The notes: generated by a model from the letters alone, not told the origin. DNA of 64,000 nt from Candidatus Omnitrophota bacterium (GCA_049642065.1 JBAROK010000026.1:1868-65867); one strand, 5' to 3'. Shown: positions 20,180 to 30,987, numbered from the stretch's first letter. Program-made: numbers and translations.

Positions 20180-21451
20180 ATGAGATTCCTGAAAAAATCC
20201 GATCCTGTGATATTTAAATCTGTTTTGGGCGAGACAAAAAGGCAGAGCGACGGTATTGAGCTTATCGCCAGCGAGAATTTTGCCAGCCGCGCTGTGATGG
20301 ATGCGGTATCTTGCTCTATGACCAACAAGTATGCCGAAGGGTATCCGCACGCCCGTTACTATGGAGGATGCGAGTTTGTTGACCAGGTCGAAGATATAGC
20401 GATAGAGAGGGCAAAAGAACTGTTCGGTGCCGAACACGTGAATGTGCAGCCTCATTCTGGCTCGCAGGCTAACATGGCGGTCTACTTCGCCATGGTGGAT
20501 ATCGGAGATACGGTAATGGCTATGGACTTGGCGTGTGGCGGGCACTTAACACACGGACATTTCAAGAACTTTTCCGGGAAATACTATAACATGGCCTTTT
20601 ACGGAGTTAACAAAAACACTGAAAAATTAGATTACAATGAGATACAAAAGCAGGCTAAAAAACACAAACCCAAAATGATCATCGCGGGAGCTTCAGCGTA
20701 TCCGCGCACGATAGATTTCAACAAGTTCAGGCAGATCTGTGATGAGGTCGGGGCCATACTTATGGTTGATATGGCGCATATAGCCGGACTTGTTGCGGCA
20801 GGAGTCCATCCCAGTCCGGTTCCCGTATCGGAGTTTGTTACCACAACAACGCATAAGACTTTGAGGGGACCGCGTTCCGGCATGATATTGTGTAAGAAAG
20901 AATACGCGAAAAAAATAAATTCCGAAATATTCCCCGGGATACAGGGTGGGCCGCTTATGCACGTTATAGCCGGTAAAGCGGTGGCTTTTAAGGAAGCGCT
21001 TCAGCCGGGGTTTAAAACGTATCAGGAAAACGTCGTAAAGAATGCCGCAAAACTGGCGGAAGAACTTCTTTCCAGGGGGTACCGGTTGGTGTCGGGCGGT
21101 ACGGATAACCATCTTATGCTGGTTGACCTTTCAGATAAGGGGATTACGGGCAAAGAAGCTGAAACCTGCCTGGATAAAGCAGGGATAACCGTTAACAAGA
21201 ACCTTATTCCTTTTGACGAAAAGAGTCCTTTTGTGACCAGCGGTATTCGTATCGGCACTCCCGCGGCTACGACAAGAGGCGTTAACGAAAAAGGCATGGT
21301 GAGAGTGGCCGAGTTTATGGATGCTGCGATCAAAGCCCGTGATGACGAGAAACAGCTCGCTTTCATACGGGGAGAAGTTAAAGAGTTCTTGAGAGAGTTC
21401 CCGCTTTACAAAGAATGGATAGACGAGATGGAAGAGCTGGAGGGAAATTAA
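20180..21451 (+). CDS. glyA: serine hydroxymethyltransferase
   Basis: ELIASENF and the [17 protein letters not shown]-lysine motif; 423 aa. Confidence 0.97.
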   Translation: MRFLKKSDPVIFKSVLGETKRQSDGIELIASENFASRAVMDAVSCSMTNKYAEGYPHARYYGGCEFVDQVEDIAIERAKELFGAEHVNVQPHSGSQANMAVYFAMVDIGDTVMAMDLACGGHLTHGHFKNFSGKYYNMAFYGVNKNTEKLDYNEIQKQAKKHKPKMIIAGASAYPRTIDFNKFRQICDEVGAILMVDMAHIAGLVAAGVHPSPVPVSEFVTTTTHKTLRGPRSGMILCKKEYAKKINSEIFPGIQGGPLMHVIAGKAVAFKEALQPGFKTYQENVVKNAAKLAEELLSRGYRLVSGGTDNHLMLVDLSDKGITGKEAETCLDKAGITVNKNLIPFDEKSPFVTSGIRIGTPAATTRGVNEKGMVRVAEFMDAAIKARDDEKQLAFIRGEVKEFLREFPLYKEWIDEMEELEGN

Positions 21452-21452
21452 A

Positions 21453-21935
21453 ATGGCTAAAGAGTCTGGAGCGAAAAACGTACAACATATTGAAAGACCA
21501 TCCTGGGACGAATATTTTATGAGGATAGCCCATCTTGTTTCCACGCGGTCTACGTGTATGCGCAGGAAAGTGGGAGCTGTTATCGTTAAGAACAAACAGG
21601 TGCTTGCTACTGGATATAACGGGGCTCCGACAGGGATAACCCATTGCGATAAGGTAGGTTGCTTAAGAGAAGAGCTTGGTGTGCCTTCCGGGCAGCGGCA
21701 TGAACTGTGTCGGGCTCTGCATGCTGAACAGAACGCGTTTTTGCAAGCCGCAAGGCACGGGGTAAGTTTAGACGGGTCTATACTGTACATAACTACTCAA
21801 CCCTGCAGCATCTGCGCGAAGATGATAATAAACGTTGGTATACGGAAAATAATCATAGAAGGGGAGTATCCCGATGAGTTCGCCCTTAAATTCATTACTG
21901 AAGCCGGGGTCGAAATGGAGGTAAGAAAACCATGA
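21453..21935 (+). CDS. deoxycytidylate (dCMP) deaminase
   Basis: Zinc-binding HAEQNA and PCxxC (PCSICAKMI) deaminase motifs; 160 aa. Confidence 0.88.
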   Translation: MAKESGAKNVQHIERPSWDEYFMRIAHLVSTRSTCMRRKVGAVIVKNKQVLATGYNGAPTGITHCDKVGCLREELGVPSGQRHELCRALHAEQNAFLQAARHGVSLDGSILYITTQPCSICAKMIINVGIRKIIIEGEYPDEFALKFITEAGVEMEVRKP

Positions 21936-22384
21936 GGTGTCCGTATTGCAACAACATAGAAGACAAGGTTATAGACTCGCGGATGAGTGGTGAAGGGCTA
22001 AGCATCAGAAGAAGAAGAGAATGTCTGAAATGCGGCAAAAGGTTCACTACGTACGAGTATGTGGAAAAAGCACAGCTGATGGTAGTTAAAAGAGACGGGA
22101 CTCGCAAAAAATTTGATAGGGAAAAGATAAAAACCGGTATCATGAAAGCGTGCGAGAAACGTTCGGTCAGCATGGATAAGATAGACGAGATAGTCGACGC
22201 TATCGAAAGAAAAATCCAAAAAAAAGCGGACAAAGAAGTCAAATCAACCGATATCGGCAACAAGGTAATGGAAGAGTTATACGATCTTGATGAGGTGGCT
22301 TATGTCCGATTCGCCTCTGTTTACAGGCGATTCAAGGACATATCACACTTTAAAGAAGAGCTTGAAAAATTCTTGAGTGATTGA
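21932..22384 (+). CDS. nrdR: transcriptional repressor NrdR
   Basis: [17 protein letters not shown] zinc ribbon followed by an ATP-cone; 150 aa. Confidence 0.95.
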   Translation: MRCPYCNNIEDKVIDSRMSGEGLSIRRRRECLKCGKRFTTYEYVEKAQLMVVKRDGTRKKFDREKIKTGIMKACEKRSVSMDKIDEIVDAIERKIQKKADKEVKSTDIGNKVMEELYDLDEVAYVRFASVYRRFKDISHFKEELEKFLSD

Positions 22385-22400
22385 TTTATTGCTCATACAT

Positions 22401-22432
22401 AAAAAAGGCCGGGATTTTCCCGGCCTTTTTTA
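22401..22432. terminator. bidirectional rho-independent terminator between nrdR (+) and the convergent PpiD-like gene (-)
   Basis: An A-run, stem ggccggg / cccggcc with loop atttt, then a T-run. Confidence 0.7.
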
Positions 22433-22455
22433 TGTTATACACGTTAGTGATTATT

Positions 22456-23913
22456 TTACAGTTCGTCCAGCGGCTTGTTTAGCTTAGTTTTAGTGCGATT
22501 TTGTTTGAACCAGTTGTCCATTACGTTCATCTGTTTGTTCGCCAGAAGTTCCTGCCGTAAAGTTTTCTTTTGTTTCTCGAAAGTTTTTTCATCAGCCGGG
22601 ACGATTTTTCCCACCCGTCCGATGAAAACGCCTTTTTTGACCGGCACAGGAGCCATCACGTTACCTTCACCGGTTTCATGCGCTACCAGGACTATGGTGC
22701 CCGCTGGACCGATATTCTCAATATAATCGTTCACAGAAATTGTTCCGGTAGAACTTATCTTTATATCCATGGTTTCGGCTGTTTCTTCTAGTGTCGTCTC
22801 GCCGGAAGAAAGTTTTTTGGATAGGGCTTCTGCGACCTTTCCAGCGGCAAGCATTTTCTTTTCATCTTTTATGCCGGATGTTATCTTATCGCGGACCTCT
22901 TCGAATTTCATGGGCCGAGGCGGCACATATCCTGTTTTGCGCAGTATGTACCCAGCGCCTTTATCCGGAGATGAGAATACGGGAGTTCCGATCTCACCTT
23001 CTTTAAGTGCGAAAGCTGCTTCGTGGAACCCTGTAAAGAAAACGACCCCCGGGACAACTTCTTCGCGGGAGAAGGGGGGAGTCTTGCCGTACTGGAAACC
23101 ATATTTCTTGGCTATTTCCCGGAATTTTGACGGATCTTTAGCAAGTTCCGCGTATACTTTTTCTATCTTACGCATTGCCGAATCTCTTTGAGATGAGTCT
23201 TCATATGGAAATTCAATATACTCTACTGTTGACTTGGCTGGTTCCATAAAGTTGCCTTTATTTGTTTCATAAGCGGAGAGAATCTCATCTTCAGTTATAA
23301 TTGCCTCATCGCCCATAGAATCTTTGTCTATTAGCATGTAAGATATTTCCACTTTATCGTTTCGTTTCTTGTAAACATCCAGCACCTCGTCTTCTGAAAC
23401 AGTAACACCCTTAAGGAGATTTTGCCGGAAAGCCCTTATTTTAAGGTTATCCCGGACAATCTCTTCGAATTGATGCGGATCCATAGAGAGGTTATTCTTA
23501 AGAATGTAAGCGTAGATGTTCTTATCGAAAACACCTTTTCTCTGGAAAAGAGGGTGACGGGTGATAAACGTTAAGAGGTCGTCGTTAGATACTTTTACTT
23601 TCATGTTCTTAAGCGCATCCAGGAGCATGAGTCTTTCCCAGGCCATGAAGTTCACCAGGGTACGGTTCTGCAGGATGGTATTGAGAGTATTGGTGTCCCC
23701 AAAATATGAAAAAAGTATCTGTACTTTTATGCCCTGACGGCTCTTGACGAATTCTTCGGCAGATATTTTGTGGCTACCTATTTGGCCTACGGGACCCGGT
23801 CTTGACGCCAGGTTCCCGACTCCCCACAGGACAAAAGCGGGGATTATAACAATGAGCAGGCCGATAAGAACTCTTTTAGCGAATTTTTTACTTCGAAGTA
23901 TGTGCATTACCAT
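22456..23913 (-). CDS. periplasmic chaperone / peptidyl-prolyl isomerase, PpiD/SurA family
   Basis: An N-terminal TM anchor, a SurA-N-like domain, and a PpiC-type rotamase-like segment (FREIAKKYG...GEIGTPVFSSPDKGAGYILRK). Assigned by overall architecture only. Confidence 0.55.
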   Translation of the reverse strand: MVMHILRSKKFAKRVLIGLLIVIIPAFVLWGVGNLASRPGPVGQIGSHKISAEEFVKSRQGIKVQILFSYFGDTNTLNTILQNRTLVNFMAWERLMLLDALKNMKVKVSNDDLLTFITRHPLFQRKGVFDKNIYAYILKNNLSMDPHQFEEIVRDNLKIRAFRQNLLKGVTVSEDEVLDVYKKRNDKVEISYMLIDKDSMGDEAIITEDEILSAYETNKGNFMEPAKSTVEYIEFPYEDSSQRDSAMRKIEKVYAELAKDPSKFREIAKKYGFQYGKTPPFSREEVVPGVVFFTGFHEAAFALKEGEIGTPVFSSPDKGAGYILRKTGYVPPRPMKFEEVRDKITSGIKDEKKMLAAGKVAEALSKKLSSGETTLEETAETMDIKISSTGTISVNDYIENIGPAGTIVLVAHETGEGNVMAPVPVKKGVFIGRVGKIVPADEKTFEKQKKTLRQELLANKQMNVMDNWFKQNRTKTKLNKPLDEL

Positions 23914-24085
23914 TAGGTATCGTCTCCTTTTACTTGTTAAGTTGGCCCGGGCTTAAGGTAAGGCCGGGTTGTAAGAATTGAGCATATATTATAAGGGAAT
24001 CTTACGGATAAACAAAGCAAATTTATACAGCGTTGACTACACGATGGGCCTATGTTAAACTGACTTTTGAAAAAAGGAGACGCTA

Positions 24086-24663
24086 TGGAAAAAATGGACA
24101 GGATCATCAAATATGGTAAATTGGCGCATTCTGACGGGTTGGTTATAGGTGCTGGCGGGAATATAAGTGAAAGAGACGACGACTTTATCATCATAAAGAG
24201 AAAAGGGGCGGATATGTCTACCGGAGAGGAAAGCTCGTATGTCCGTTTGCTTTTTGAAGAAGTGGAGAAACGGCTTAAGGATCCGGCATACGAAAAAGAA
24301 GAAGGTGACGTGCTGAGTTCAGAGACGCCTCTACATATTGCATGTTACGGTGTTAGTCATGATATAGGTGCTGTTGTACACGTTCATCCGCCTTACACTA
24401 TAGCTGCTTCCGGGAAAGTAGACCATCTTGAGGATATCTCTTATGAGTTCGAGTGTATACTTGGCAAAAATGTGCCCGTTATAGATTATTTACAGCCGGG
24501 ATCCCATGATCTGGCCTCAGCGGTAGCCGAGAAGGTCAAAAAAGGAGCGAAAGCGGTCATGTTAAGAAAACATGGGGCGATTTCGGTCGGAAAAGACCTT
24601 GAAGAGGCGTATATCCGCATTCTTGCTCTGGAAAGAGCGTGTATCACTTACCTCAACAGCTGA
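24086..24663 (+). CDS. class II aldolase/adducin-family protein
   Basis: GAVVHVHPPYTIAASG metal-binding His motif. ATG at 24086 follows the RBS aaaggag; the ORF-track start at 24067 is a TTG. Confidence 0.7.
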
Positions 24664-24707
24664 TATACCCCCTTGAAACCACTGGATTCGTATATAAATA
24701 AATATAA

Positions 24708-24736
24708 TTGACACGCAATATACCGTATATTATAAT
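24708..24736 (+). promoter_or_regulatory. consensus sigma70 promoter (TTGACA, 17-nt spacer, TATAAT) upstream of hisG, leaving a ~115-nt leader
   Basis: Both hexamers are perfect: TTGACA 24708-24713 and TATAAT 24731-24736. Confidence 0.6.
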
Positions 24737-24855
24737 AGCTCGCTACTATATGGTAAATCCCGACGTGAGCTAAATATTTGCGACGGTTAACTTTGCGTTA
24801 AAAATAGCGCTAGGTAAGGGTATTTTTTTGTCAAACACGAATAAGCGAGGGGAAA

Positions 24856-25734
24856 ATGGGAGAGAATAAACTTAAGCTTGGTGTTCCCAAGGGAAGCCTT
24901 CAGGAAACGACATTAAGGCTTTTTGAAAAGGCCGGATATAAAATAAAAGTCTCTTCAAGGTCGTATTTCCCGAGCATAGATGACGAGGATATCGAAGTGG
25001 TGCTTTTCAGGGCACAGGAGATGTCTCGTTACGTTGAAGATGGGATAATAGACTGCGGTATAACCGGGAACGACTGGATCGAAGAGAACGCTTCTGATGT
25101 AGAGAGAGTGGCTGAACTTGTGTACGCGAAGGCGAGCATGAGACCCGTAAGATGGGTTTTGGCTGTTCCGAATGCATCGAAGATAAAGAGCGTTAAGGAC
25201 CTTCAGGGAAAACGGGTGGCAACTGAGCTTGTAAAAGTCACAGAAAAATACCTGAAAGAAAACGGTGTGACCGCTGAAGTGGAATTCAGTTGGGGGGCCA
25301 CTGAAGTTAAATGTAAGATGGGCATCGACGCTATAGTCGAGGTGACCGAAACGGGGTCGAGCTTGCGAGCCAACGATTTAAAGATAGTCGATACTTTATG
25401 CGAATCCACGACTCAGTTCATAGCCAATAAAGACGCATGGAAGGACAAATGGAAGAAAGAGAAGATGAGCCGTATAGCCATGCTACTTGAAGGCGCTATA
25501 CAGGCTGAAGGCAAAGTCGGCCTTAAAATGAACGCTAAAAAGGAAGATGTCGAGAAGATAATAGCTCTGCTTCCTGCCATAAACACGCCAACTGTTTCGC
25601 AGCTTTTTGATAAGGAATGGGTAGATATAGATACTGTGATAGACGAAGAAGAAGTAAAGAGACTGATCCCCGACCTCAGAGAGGCCGGAGCCACGGGTAT
25701 AATAGAGTATCCGCTGAATAAAGTGATCTATTAA
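24856..25734 (+). CDS. hisG: ATP phosphoribosyltransferase (long form)
   Basis: [13 protein letters not shown]-terminus; 292 aa including the C-terminal regulatory domain. Confidence 0.9.
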   Translation: MGENKLKLGVPKGSLQETTLRLFEKAGYKIKVSSRSYFPSIDDEDIEVVLFRAQEMSRYVEDGIIDCGITGNDWIEENASDVERVAELVYAKASMRPVRWVLAVPNASKIKSVKDLQGKRVATELVKVTEKYLKENGVTAEVEFSWGATEVKCKMGIDAIVEVTETGSSLRANDLKIVDTLCESTTQFIANKDAWKDKWKKEKMSRIAMLLEGAIQAEGKVGLKMNAKKEDVEKIIALLPAINTPTVSQLFDKEWVDIDTVIDEEEVKRLIPDLREAGATGIIEYPLNKVIY

Positions 25735-25778
25735 GACAACAAACAACGAAACGCATAAATTGGAGGTGACAAGAGGAT

Positions 25779-25874
25779 ATGCCCTGCGGGAGAAAAAGAA
25801 AGCTTAAAAAAGTAAAGCGCCATAAACGTAAGAAGAGGATGCGAAGGGATAGACATAAAAAGAGGAAGGTATGA
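25779..25874 (+). CDS. 31-aa hyper-basic peptide (MPCGRKRKLKKVKRHKRKKRMRRDRHKKRKV), possibly bS22-like ribosomal protein
   Basis: Strong RBS tggaggtg 10 nt upstream. Its stop overlaps the downstream ATG (ATGA). Below the ORF-track size cutoff; found by eye. Confidence 0.45.
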   Translation: MPCGRKRKLKKVKRHKRKKRMRRDRHKKRKV

Positions 25875-27412
25875 CGTCCATACGTTCGTTCGTCCTTACC
25901 GTTTTTTATATCTTATATATTTTTATTCCCGTGCTCGTTACGGGAACATGTGCTTACGGTGCTCCCGCAAAGGTGGCCATCGATGAGTCCAGAGCTGAAG
26001 ATTCTGAAACCAAAGCGTTGTCAGGGGCCCTTGCCCATTACATAATGGGCGCTATTTACGACAACTATGGCGATCCGGAAACGGCCGTTATCGAATACGA
26101 TAAAGCTCTGGAAGATAAAGCGGATATAAGCGATATTTACCTTAAACTTGGTTCGAGTTATTTGCTCCTTGGCAAACTTGATGAATCGGCTGCGAAATTA
26201 CAGACGGCTATCGATATGTCCCCAGAAGATATTAAAGCTTATCTTCTTTTGGCCATCATCCATACAGCGAAAGGCGAGTTCGATATTGCGCAGAAGCAGT
26301 ATGATGAAGCTCTTAAGTACGATCCTGACAATGTTAAAGTGCTAACCTTCCTGTCGGATCTTTATATCGTCCAGCAGGACCTGGACAAAGCCGCAGGGGT
26401 ATACGAAAAGATCCTCCAGATAAAACAGGATGATGCGTTCATATATTTCAATCTTGGGATTATTTACAGTAAACTTAATCTGCTGGATAAAGCCGAGGAA
26501 AACCTGAAAAAAGCGATTGAAGTGGACAAGAGCTATCTTGAAGCCCAGATGGTTCTCGGGTTTGTCTACGAGATCGACGGGAAGTACCCGGAAGCGGTAG
26601 AACAATACAAAAAGGTCACCGGGATCGATTCGCTGAACAGGGAAGCCTACGTTCGTTTGGGGCAGCTTTATTACAGGATGGGGGATACGGAGAAAGCTCT
26701 TCAGCAAAACCGCATCCTGATGCGATTAGATATATATTCTCCCGAACCGTATCTGAGGAACTTCAGCATATATCTGGCTGAAAAGAAATACGATAAGGCC
26801 GAGGAGCTCCTGAGAGAGGCTTTACGGAACGGCATTTCGGATGCTGTTATTTACGCGAGCCTAGGATACTTGGCGACGCAGGAGAAGGACCATAAAAAAG
26901 CGATCGATTATTACGAAGTCGCCGCGGAAAAGGATCCGGAGAACTATAGCTACAAGTTTTATCTTGCGGTAGCGACTGATCAGGCCGGAAAAAGAAAAGA
27001 AGCCATAAAGGTTCTGGAGAAAAGCGTTTCCGAAGGGGCGGATTTGCCCGAGATTTATAATTATCTTGGATACTTGTACGTAGAAGAAGGACAGGATCTA
27101 GATAAGGCGATCAGCCTCATTAAAAAATCTATCGCGAAAGATCCTGATAACGGCGCTTACATCGATAGCCTGGGATGGGCATACTATAAAAAAGGCATGC
27201 TGCCTGAAGCTGTAGTAGAGATAGAAAGGGCAGCACATTTTCTGCCGGAAGACCCTGTAGTAAGGGACCATCTCGGCGAAGTATATTACACGATGGGTGA
27301 ATGGGAAAAAGCCCTTGTGCAATGGAAACTATCGTTTAAGTTGTATCCAGCGAACATCAAGATCCTGAACAAGATACGCGCGGTTGAACGAAAAATAAAA
27401 AATGGGAAATAA
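25871..27412 (+). CDS. secreted tetratricopeptide-repeat (TPR) protein
   Basis: N-terminal signal peptide followed by many 34-aa TPR-like repeats (AxxYxxLGxxY patterns). Confidence 0.75.
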   Translation: MTSIRSFVLTVFYILYIFIPVLVTGTCAYGAPAKVAIDESRAEDSETKALSGALAHYIMGAIYDNYGDPETAVIEYDKALEDKADISDIYLKLGSSYLLLGKLDESAAKLQTAIDMSPEDIKAYLLLAIIHTAKGEFDIAQKQYDEALKYDPDNVKVLTFLSDLYIVQQDLDKAAGVYEKILQIKQDDAFIYFNLGIIYSKLNLLDKAEENLKKAIEVDKSYLEAQMVLGFVYEIDGKYPEAVEQYKKVTGIDSLNREAYVRLGQLYYRMGDTEKALQQNRILMRLDIYSPEPYLRNFSIYLAEKKYDKAEELLREALRNGISDAVIYASLGYLATQEKDHKKAIDYYEVAAEKDPENYSYKFYLAVATDQAGKRKEAIKVLEKSVSEGADLPEIYNYLGYLYVEEGQDLDKAISLIKKSIAKDPDNGAYIDSLGWAYYKKGMLPEAVVEIERAAHFLPEDPVVRDHLGEVYYTMGEWEKALVQWKLSFKLYPANIKILNKIRAVERKIKNGK

Positions 27413-27434
27413 AACAGAGAGGAAAAAGATCTAA

Positions 27435-28274
27435 ATGAAAAAGATCGATACCATCAAAGGACTGGAGAAAAAATCTATCGATATAAGACGCGATATATTG
27501 ACTATGCTAGAGAAAGCCGGAAGCGGGCATACTGGGGGTTCATTGTCGATAGTTGAAATACTTGTATCTTTGTATTATGGAAGGTTGAATGTAAACCCCA
27601 AAGATCCTGACAATAGAGATCGCGACAAGTTCGTACTTTCCAAAGGCCACGGGTGTCCGGCGCTTTACGCGGTACTAGCGGACCAGGGCTTCTTCCCAAA
27701 AGATGAATTATGGACGCTGAGAAAAATTGGGTCACGTCTCCAGGGTCATCCGCAGCATGGTCTGCCGGGGCTGGAAATATCCAGCGGGTCTTTAGGTCAA
27801 GGTCTATCCGTAGCTATTGGCATGGCGCTTGGCGACAAAATGGACGGAGTGGACGCCAAGATATATTGCCTGATGGGTGATGGTGAGACCAACGAGGGTC
27901 AGGTATGGGAAGCGGCCATGACAGGCGCGCATTATAAACTGGACAACCTGTGCGGTATAGTGGATTTCAATAAACTTCAGATAGATGGTTTGTGCTGTGA
28001 AGTAATGGATATGGCTGAATACTGCAAGAAATGGGAATATTTCGGTTGGTATACCATAGAAATAGACGGTCATGATTTCGAACAACTGAACAAGGCGTTT
28101 GATGAAGCTGCTTCAGTAAAAGGTAAACCACAGATCATAATAGCGCATACCGTTAAGGGGAAGGGAATCTCGTTCATCGAGAACAAGGTGGACTGGCACG
28201 GAGTAGCCCCGAAACCTGATGAACTGGAAAAAGCGCTTGCTGAATTGGATGAACAAGAAAAGGCTTTGGGATAG
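27435..28274 (+). CDS. transketolase, N-terminal (thiamine-diphosphate-binding) subunit
   Basis: GSGHTGGSLSIVEIL, GHGCPALYA and GSLGQGLSVAIGMAL, the transketolase N-terminal section motifs; 279 aa. Confidence 0.9.
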   Translation: MKKIDTIKGLEKKSIDIRRDILTMLEKAGSGHTGGSLSIVEILVSLYYGRLNVNPKDPDNRDRDKFVLSKGHGCPALYAVLADQGFFPKDELWTLRKIGSRLQGHPQHGLPGLEISSGSLGQGLSVAIGMALGDKMDGVDAKIYCLMGDGETNEGQVWEAAMTGAHYKLDNLCGIVDFNKLQIDGLCCEVMDMAEYCKKWEYFGWYTIEIDGHDFEQLNKAFDEAASVKGKPQIIIAHTVKGKGISFIENKVDWHGVAPKPDELEKALAELDEQEKALG

Positions 28275-28301
28275 TTTGCAGTCCGAAATAAGGAGATAAA
28301 C

Positions 28302-29975
28302 ATGCTCAGTAGAAAAATTAAGATGCACATAAGGCAGCACAAGGTAAAGATCATACTCTTCTTTGTGGTCTTTATACTGCTAATCCTTTCTGTCGTGGGC
28401 CTCATGTCGCTGGAGTCCTTTTACCGGAAGATGACTCTTGCCACGATGCCCGTACAGTTCATTATGGCCGGCATCCACGCCGGTATATTCGTTTTCATGT
28501 ACCTTACATTCATGCGCGGAGGGTTTGCTAAACTCGACAAAGCCCCCATAAAGGGAAGAGATGTTGATATTACCTGGGATGATGTTATCGGGATGGAAGA
28601 TGCGAAGATAGAAGCCCTGGAGGTGGTGCAGCTCATAAAGGACAGGGCCACCGTTACGAGGATGGGTGGAAGCGTTGTGAAAGGGCTTCTTATGCTGGGG
28701 CCCCCCGGATGCGGAAAAACTTATATGGCCAAAGCCATAGCGACCGAAGCCGATATGCCGTTTATTTCGATGTCGGGAAGTGAATTCGTGGAAGTCTTTG
28801 TCGGAGTCGGTGCCTCGCGTGTGCGGAAACTCTTTAAAAAAGCGAGGGATCTTGCGTACGGTTACGGCGGATGCATACTGTTCATCGACGAAATAGACGC
28901 TATAGGAAGATCCAGGTCGTTCAGCATGGGTGGCGGGCAGGAGACCAACAGCACGCTAAACCAGCTTCTCGCTGAAATGGACGGGCTGAAGGGGAAGGAA
29001 GAGAACGTGATCGTCATCGGCGCTACCAACGCCATGGAAGAAAATCTCGATACGGCTCTTCTCAGGCCCGGAAGATTTGACAGAAAACTTATTGTTTCGG
29101 CCCCTTCCCAGGAAGACAGGGAAAAGCTGTTCGGGTTTTACCTGAAAAAAGTGAAGGCCGAAAAGGATCTTGACATGGGCCGCCTCGCAAGGCGCGCTGT
29201 GGGAAAGACACCTGCGGATATCGCCAATATAATTAAAGAATCAGCCCTTATAGCGACAAGGCACAAAAAGAATGCTATAGGGCTTAAAGAAATAAGTGAA
29301 GCCTTTGAAAGGGTGGATCTTGGTATAAAGTATCGATTGACAGTTACGCCCAAAGAAAAGGAGATGACCGCGTATCATGAGACAGGACATTTGATCACGA
29401 CATTTCTCAAGGCGCCTTCAAAAACGGTCTTCAAGGCCAGCATTATCCCTAGAAGGGGCACTCTTGGAGTTGTCTGGTCGCCCGAAAGAGAAGAGCTGCA
29501 TTCAAGGAGTAAGGAGCAGTTGTTATCTGAGATCATGATATCTCTTGGAGGATATGCCGCCGAAAAGATAAAATTCAACACAACGACCACAGGTGTCGGC
29601 GGAGGAGGGTCAGGAGATTTTGCCAAGGCGATGCGCGTAGCTCACGCTATGGTGTGGGGTTTCGGCATGGGAGAATCGGGGATGGTCGGAGATTATTCCG
29701 TCATTCCGAAAGAACAATTGTCAGAAGATGTGAGAGTTGCACTTAACAAAGATACGAATACCATTATGAACACGTGTATGAAGGAAGTAGAAGAGACACT
29801 CAAAGAAAAGGAAGAGATTCTTGACAGGTTCGCAAAAGAACTCTTACAGAGGGAAGAACTGGAATACGATGAGATAATTGCGATCTTTAAGGAATTTGGG
29901 ATAGAAGAATCTGTCGGACAGGAAAAAGCCCCGCCAGAAGAAACGCAATGGGACAATAAAAGTGAAACTGCTTAG
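28302..29975 (+). CDS. FtsH-family AAA+ zinc metalloprotease paralog with a minimal periplasmic loop
   Basis: Two N-terminal TM helices about 20 aa apart; Walker A GPPGCGKT; Walker B ILFIDEIDA; SRH; HETGH zinc site. Confidence 0.8.
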   Translation: MLSRKIKMHIRQHKVKIILFFVVFILLILSVVGLMSLESFYRKMTLATMPVQFIMAGIHAGIFVFMYLTFMRGGFAKLDKAPIKGRDVDITWDDVIGMEDAKIEALEVVQLIKDRATVTRMGGSVVKGLLMLGPPGCGKTYMAKAIATEADMPFISMSGSEFVEVFVGVGASRVRKLFKKARDLAYGYGGCILFIDEIDAIGRSRSFSMGGGQETNSTLNQLLAEMDGLKGKEENVIVIGATNAMEENLDTALLRPGRFDRKLIVSAPSQEDREKLFGFYLKKVKAEKDLDMGRLARRAVGKTPADIANIIKESALIATRHKKNAIGLKEISEAFERVDLGIKYRLTVTPKEKEMTAYHETGHLITTFLKAPSKTVFKASIIPRRGTLGVVWSPEREELHSRSKEQLLSEIMISLGGYAAEKIKFNTTTTGVGGGGSGDFAKAMRVAHAMVWGFGMGESGMVGDYSVIPKEQLSEDVRVALNKDTNTIMNTCMKEVEETLKEKEEILDRFAKELLQREELEYDEIIAIFKEFGIEESVGQEKAPPEETQWDNKSETA

Positions 29976-30987
29976 ATTAAATAAATACAGGGGGCTATTT
30001 GTCGCGATAACTATTGCCGGGATGTTGATGTCGGTTCCTGCGTGTACGCCGACCTATCCGAAAGAAAAACTTCCGGAAGCGGTACAATCGGTCTGCAAAA
30101 TAGAGTATGACATGGACGTGGACGTAACGGTACAAGGGTCCACGATGGGAATATACTATCCCATGAAAGGCCTGTTGGATGCGGGGCTTGGCATAAGCGA
30201 GGAAGCGTGGGACCAGATAAGCAACCTTATCCTTATTGCTTCACGTGTCGTTCTCTCCACGGATGCTGAGGTACAGTTTTATTGTGTGATAACGCAGGAC
30301 GCGCGCCTTCCGGAGCTTCAAGTCGTAATAATAAAATATGTCGAAGATATCAAGCGCGGAATGGTACGCAATATTTCAAGGAGCGAATCTTTTAAAAGGA
30401 CACTTTTCAGTATAAACCTTACGCCGCAGGCGAAAAAGGAAAGGTCCATAGAAAAAGTTTTCACCAAGCTGGGCGTGGGTGACGAGACGAGACAGAAAGT
30501 GATGGATGAGTTTTTCAGGAGCCCGCCTACAAGATTAAGTGACATAGGGTACTGGCGCGGCAATTTCTATTTGAAATCCATAAGCTTAGAAGAGTTCCTT
30601 GCAGCGCAGATAGCTAACAGGATAAAAATAGATTTCAGGCAAGACAAAGAACTGGCTGAAATGTTCCAGTACAAGGCGGCGGAGGGTGTTTACAGGACAA
30701 CGAAAACGAGAAAATCTTTTCTTGTAAAGTTCAAGATCGCTGATCAGGTTGCCGGCGATGAGATCGAAAACCCCCGAGTCAAAAAAATAGAAAAAATACT
30801 GAGAATAGCCAACACTGTCTTTTTTGGGTATAAGTTCCAGGATTTTGATATTCTTATACTTGAAGACCAGCTAGAGAACGCTAATATCAGTATAACCGAG
30901 CAGGATATATACAATCTTAATATCAAGAGATTCTCAGTGGAAGACGTAGTGAACGCTCCTGCGGGATATTTTACTCCCGTTAAGTGA
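29962..30987 (+). CDS. hypothetical lipoprotein/secreted protein
   Basis: N-terminal signal with Cys (LMSVPAC); no recognisable catalytic motif. Confidence 0.5.
   Translation: MKLLRLNKYRGLFVAITIAGMLMSVPACTPTYPKEKLPEAVQSVCKIEYDMDVDVTVQGSTMGIYYPMKGLLDAGLGISEEAWDQISNLILIASRVVLSTDAEVQFYCVITQDARLPELQVVIIKYVEDIKRGMVRNISRSESFKRTLFSINLTPQAKKERSIEKVFTKLGVGDETRQKVMDEFFRSPPTRLSDIGYWRGNFYLKSISLEEFLAAQIANRIKIDFRQDKELAEMFQYKAAEGVYRTTKTRKSFLVKFKIADQVAGDEIENPRVKKIEKILRIANTVFFGYKFQDFDILILEDQLENANISITEQDIYNLNIKRFSVEDVVNAPAGYFTPVK

Noticed and set aside
21131-21790. 219-aa - strand ORF spanning the glyA / dCMP deaminase junction
   Set aside because: It is antisense to two well-supported genes. Its Cys/Ser-rich translation has no motif.
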